This document shows, one piece after another, positions 36,161 to 64,000 of a stretch of DNA of 64,000 nt (position 1 is the stretch's first letter; every line of letters starts with the position of its first letter). Source of the stretch: Perna viridis (Eukaryota); NCBI GenBank assembly GCA_037379345.1, contig CM074520.1, positions 13,309,488 to 13,373,487 on the forward strand, given 5' to 3'. A program made the position numbers and the translations under genes. The notes beneath the pieces were generated by a model. That model was not told the DNA's origin. It did not search any database and worked only from the letters and a program-made list of their open reading frames with translations.

Positions 36161-36986
36161 AATACATAATTTCCGTGCAGTGTTACACAGGTTACGCATA
36201 AGCCTTAAAAATGTAAGATCAATACCTAAGAAACAGACGAGAGCTTACTCATTTGCATACGAAATTAACCAGTTAGACCCCTTTCACTAGTTGTAGTACA
36301 GATCAACAACAGAACAAACACATAATAAGAAACGAATAGTCTTAGGAAACGTCATGAATCCAATAAGTAAACTTCAACTACCTAAAGCTCACCAACTGAC
36401 ATACATTTCTGGCACAGTAGTGAAATTTAACAAAATTACAAGGAAGCACAAGTTTACACACACACATAAAGCCATGTTAAGCATGCAAGTCTGCACTCCT
36501 AAGGATTCCAAGCATGATTTCTTGTCGATCTGTTCCCTAGTGGATCTGTCCCTAGTCGATCCATCTCAAGTCGATCTGTCCCCAAGTGAATCTGTCCTCT
36601 ATTTTAAAGTTGATCTGTCCCCAATTTTGAACTTGATGCATTATGAATTCATGCAATTAAAATATTGAACATAGATATTGAAAATAAATTATCTTATCCT
36701 TTTCTTAAATTGTACAATATAAATGAATAGATCAGAGTTCATAAAATATTGTTAATTAGATCTACACTACACTCTCAGTGGAGTGGTTCTCTAACACTTA
36801 AGCCTGACCAGAGTGAAACTCAGTGTCATGCCAACATGGTCATTTAGTCAGTGATTAACACCCAGATTCAACCTAGCCAACACTGACTGTTTGTATATTG
36901 TAATAGTTATAATATTCAATGAGGCATAATTGGGATTTCATTATAAGATACGATGTACATTCTGTTTCTGTTGATTGATGTTACAT

Positions 36987-37802
36987 CAGGGGTCGTGCTG
37001 GGCTTTGCCAACGTAGCAATTTGCGACTTTTTATTTTATCTGGCGACAAAAATAGCCAGTTGGCGATTTTCTTGGCGACTAGGTTTTGTATATTAAAATT
37101 GACAGGAAGTTTATCAGCAACGGATATTCTCTCCAATTAAACAATTGTGTTGACACCTGGTCAGAGTTAATTGACTATGACCAATTTACGACCGAAGGCA
37201 ATTAAAGGTAATTAGACCAGGTGACTGGACTGACAATATCCTCATGGGAGATGTCAATCAAATGTAAATATATCATTGAGCCAAAAATCTAATTAAGATA
37301 TCAAAATAATTAAACAAGGACACAATTAATGGTCCATGGTACAAACTGTAGTTTGATAGAAATTTTATCACATGAAAAAAAGAATCAAGTTTGTTAAAAA
37401 TAATAAAAAAAAAGTAAATTATATTGTATTAGATAAATTAGACCATAAAGGACAACTTAGGCGAACATGTTTTAAAATCTGGGACTGTATGAGAATAGTA
37501 ATATTGTCTTTGATAGAAGTAAAATATCTCTTTCTGTAGTAGTACTTAATATTTTATGCATATGAAAGTGACAGACTAGAGCTAAAAACCTGCTTTTTAC
37601 ATGCATCTAGAGTGAATCTTGGGTACATGTATGTCATGAATGGAGAGGTTATTTTGATGATTTGACAAAAACAATTCATCAGTGAACTTAATACTGTCTT
37701 TTTTTTTGGCACCCTTTGGCTCTAGTTTTTGAAAACTGGCGACAAAAAATGGCAGCTGGCAATTTTTCTGGTGACAGAATTTTGGAAGCCAGAGCAGCCC
37801 CT
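36987..37802. mobile_element. Older hAT-like MITE
   Basis: CAGGGGTCGTGCTGG start and CCAGAGCAGCCCCT end, TGGCGAC subterminal motifs at both ends; TSD not recognisable. Confidence 0.45.
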
Positions 37803-39292
37803 CTCCATGTATGTAAAGTGAAGGATGATCTGTTTAAAATAAAATAAATGTGAAATAAAAGTATAAACTGATGTTTAAATCTATTGCATTATGTAAATAT
37901 GTGTAAAATTGACAAAGAAAACAACAAAAACAGTAAAATACGGTGACCGCTCTGTGGTCACGTGATGTGTTAAATGGATCAGTTTGACAGATCGATGACT
38001 GATCGGAAACTAATTAGTGATCGATGAACGATCACAATTTTTGTTGAATGTATTGATTCATTTTGATTCGAGTGATGGACTTGTAAAAACAGTCTGGTGA
38101 CACTTTTTTTTTCTGATAGCCTGAAGCTAATTTGAAGATAATTATGATATTGCCTACAAGATTCTAAATTAGTTATCATGCATATTAATTTTTAACTTTT
38201 CTGAATCATGCACATACATGAATGAATTTTTTGCACCTAAATGTATGTGCAGGTTTCATTATAATAACGTCCTGAATCCCATGACATTAAAATGAAAAAT
38301 TGTTGTGTCTTAAATGCATCCGCGTCATCTAGAATTGTGCAGTAAAATTTTCTTCCATTGTTTAATTTTAATCCATGGAGAACCCTGGTTAACGGTACTG
38401 TACATGTACTGTGGCTTCTTTGTATCAGTTGTATTCATGCTTTCCATTGAAAAAAAAACATTATTATAAGATTTTTAAGTTATTTTGATGATAAGATTTT
38501 TATTTCATGAATTTTTATACCTAATCAGATGGATTTTGTTTTGTTATTTTGTTACATTGCCTTTGACAATAAACTGGTCTTTCAGGTGTAGAAATAGTGT
38601 GGATGAAACTGTACGAGTACATGTAAACCACCTCACTGTTCATTAGAGGAGTGATGTTGGATGACAGGAAAGCTATGGCTTTGACATAGTGAAAAGACCG
38701 TTCACATACTACAAAATGATACTGATTTTAGATTATCGTGGTAGAAAGTAAAATGTAAGTTTTCTATTATTCCTGTCATGACTTCGTTCTAAGTTTGTTC
38801 AGCAACCTCTCATTTTTTATGTAACAGAATAAAAGGTTTAAAACTTGTACATGCATGAAAGATACTGTGCATTCAGTGTAAACTTTTGTTTGAATCTTGT
38901 TTCATATGTCTCATCTTCTTGCCACTTGGTCTTATAATTCTTATATGCATTCATTATTATTGTTTCATTATTATTACTTCCAAACCAAGAATAAAATAAA
39001 AGTATAGCTGTTTACCTGCAGTGTTAGAATTGTAGTGTTAAAACTTGAAGGATCTCATGTTCTCATTTTTATTTCTTGTATTAGTAAGAATGAATCATAA
39101 TTATTTAAAATTCACCACAGGTGTTGAATAATCTTTTTTTTTTTATTTAAGTGGCAAGAAAAAAGTAATCAAAATGCACTAAAATAGTCATTTTACGGGA
39201 GATAACTTTTATTTTCCCAGGGCAATCCACATGTGTTATGACTTCTAAATTCAAAGCTCTGTCTCTTGAATGTTTCATATGAAAAGCATTGC

Positions 39293-39866
39293 CAGTCTTT
39301 CTAAAGGTTCAGTTTTTTTTTCAGGAATTCGGTTGTGTGATGACATACTATTTTCAGGACTGATCCAAGTTTTACCGTCCTATCAATTTGAACTTCTCAG
39401 CCTTTCTAGTTACACAGAGGAAAAACCTCAGAGGCACTAGGCGTAAGAATGTGTCCGGAATTTGGCTGATCCAATTCTAAAATTATAGTTTTACTGGTTA
39501 AAACTTTTACCATTACTTCGCACCAAATTTCTTGACAGTTATTGTTCTTTATTTCTATTGATATCTGAACAAATTTTGCAGTGCCACCTGGTGGATAAAA
39601 CTACTTAAAGTCACTTTTGACTACAATTCCAGTAAATTTTTCAAGAAGAAATTATCCTTGCTGCATCCGAGGTTATTTTTTAGTGTTGGGGAAATGGCCA
39701 AGTAGTTCCGATTGACTGTCCATTTAAGGCATTTTGACATGAATCAAGAATGACTGATATCAGGAATTTTCTGAACTCCCTGTCTGGTGTTCCGGATTTT
39801 TTTTACTGGTCCAGCCATATTTTTACCAGTGATATCCAAAGGTCCGACGAACCTTCAGAGAAACTG
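39293..39866. mobile_element. MITE with CAGT...ACTG ends and 6-bp TSD
   Basis: Imperfect 18-bp TIR CAGTCTTTCTAAAGGTTC / GAACCTTCAGAGAAACTG; TSD CATTGC on both sides. Confidence 0.78.
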
Positions 39867-40167
39867 CATTGCCAATACAAGCAATGAAATGCATAAAGCT
39901 AACTTACACCAACAATGAAATATATATATTTATATTTTCATATAAATCACCTAATAATTTAGCATAATTTTGACTAAGAGAGCTACTTACTATATAGTAT
40001 ACCATAAATATTCATAAATCATAAGATTACAGTCACTAATTAACACAACAATTACATGTTGTCCAATATTTAATTACTGTATTAGCAAATACATATTTTG
40101 TAAATTTCTTCAATGCTAAGGTTATTTTGTATATAATTAATCACTAGTTTTACATGCAGCTTTGATC

Positions 40168-63723
<23,556 letters not shown>

Positions 63724-64000
63724 GTTTGTATAGTAGTATAGTTAACTTCATGCACAAATTCAGTATTTTTGGAAATGTCTTTAATTAAAAATATGGACTT
63801 AAACGGAAAAAAATATGGACTTCAAAGAAATAGAAAGATGTTTTCTTTTATTTTCCTTTCCAAAAATGTTGAATTTTTCCATGAAGACATTTTTTATGTT
63901 CCTTGAAGTTAACTATGGTATATAATTAGCTGTAATAGATTAAAATATAAATACTTGTGGTTTAATTTCAACGATTTGGTATTCAAAGATGATAATTCTG

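Overview
AT-rich animal genomic DNA, most likely a bivalve mollusc (judged from the repeat families, a 166-bp satellite and a MIEAP-domain gene; this is inference). (1) Bases 1-14771 are the right-hand part of a decaying Polinton/Maverick (adintovirus-like) endogenous virus. It has major capsid protein, adenain protease, packaging ATPase and two small ORFs on +, a long protein-primed PolB on -, a truncated integrase and the right terminal repeat. The pPolB gene is split by two canonical GT-AG introns, one of which cuts catalytic motif A (DFTS/LYP). The element also carries a spliced, mucin-like single-pass membrane protein cargo gene, a nested MITE and a Helentron-type element with a 166-bp satellite. 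(2) 17746-26365 is a multi-exon host gene for a long coiled-coil protein with a C-terminal MIEAP-like domain. (3) 27-40 kb is a repeat-rich intergenic region (IS3EU-like and hAT-like MITEs, SINE pieces, 58-bp and 42-bp tandem arrays, a Penelope-like RT fragment). (4) From 40168 to beyond the window end is TAF1 (about 32 coding exons visible). It includes a tandemly duplicated zinc-knuckle exon that could produce a TAF1 isoform without bromodomains. All calls come from reading the sequence by eye, with no database searches; exon boundaries may be off by a few bases.
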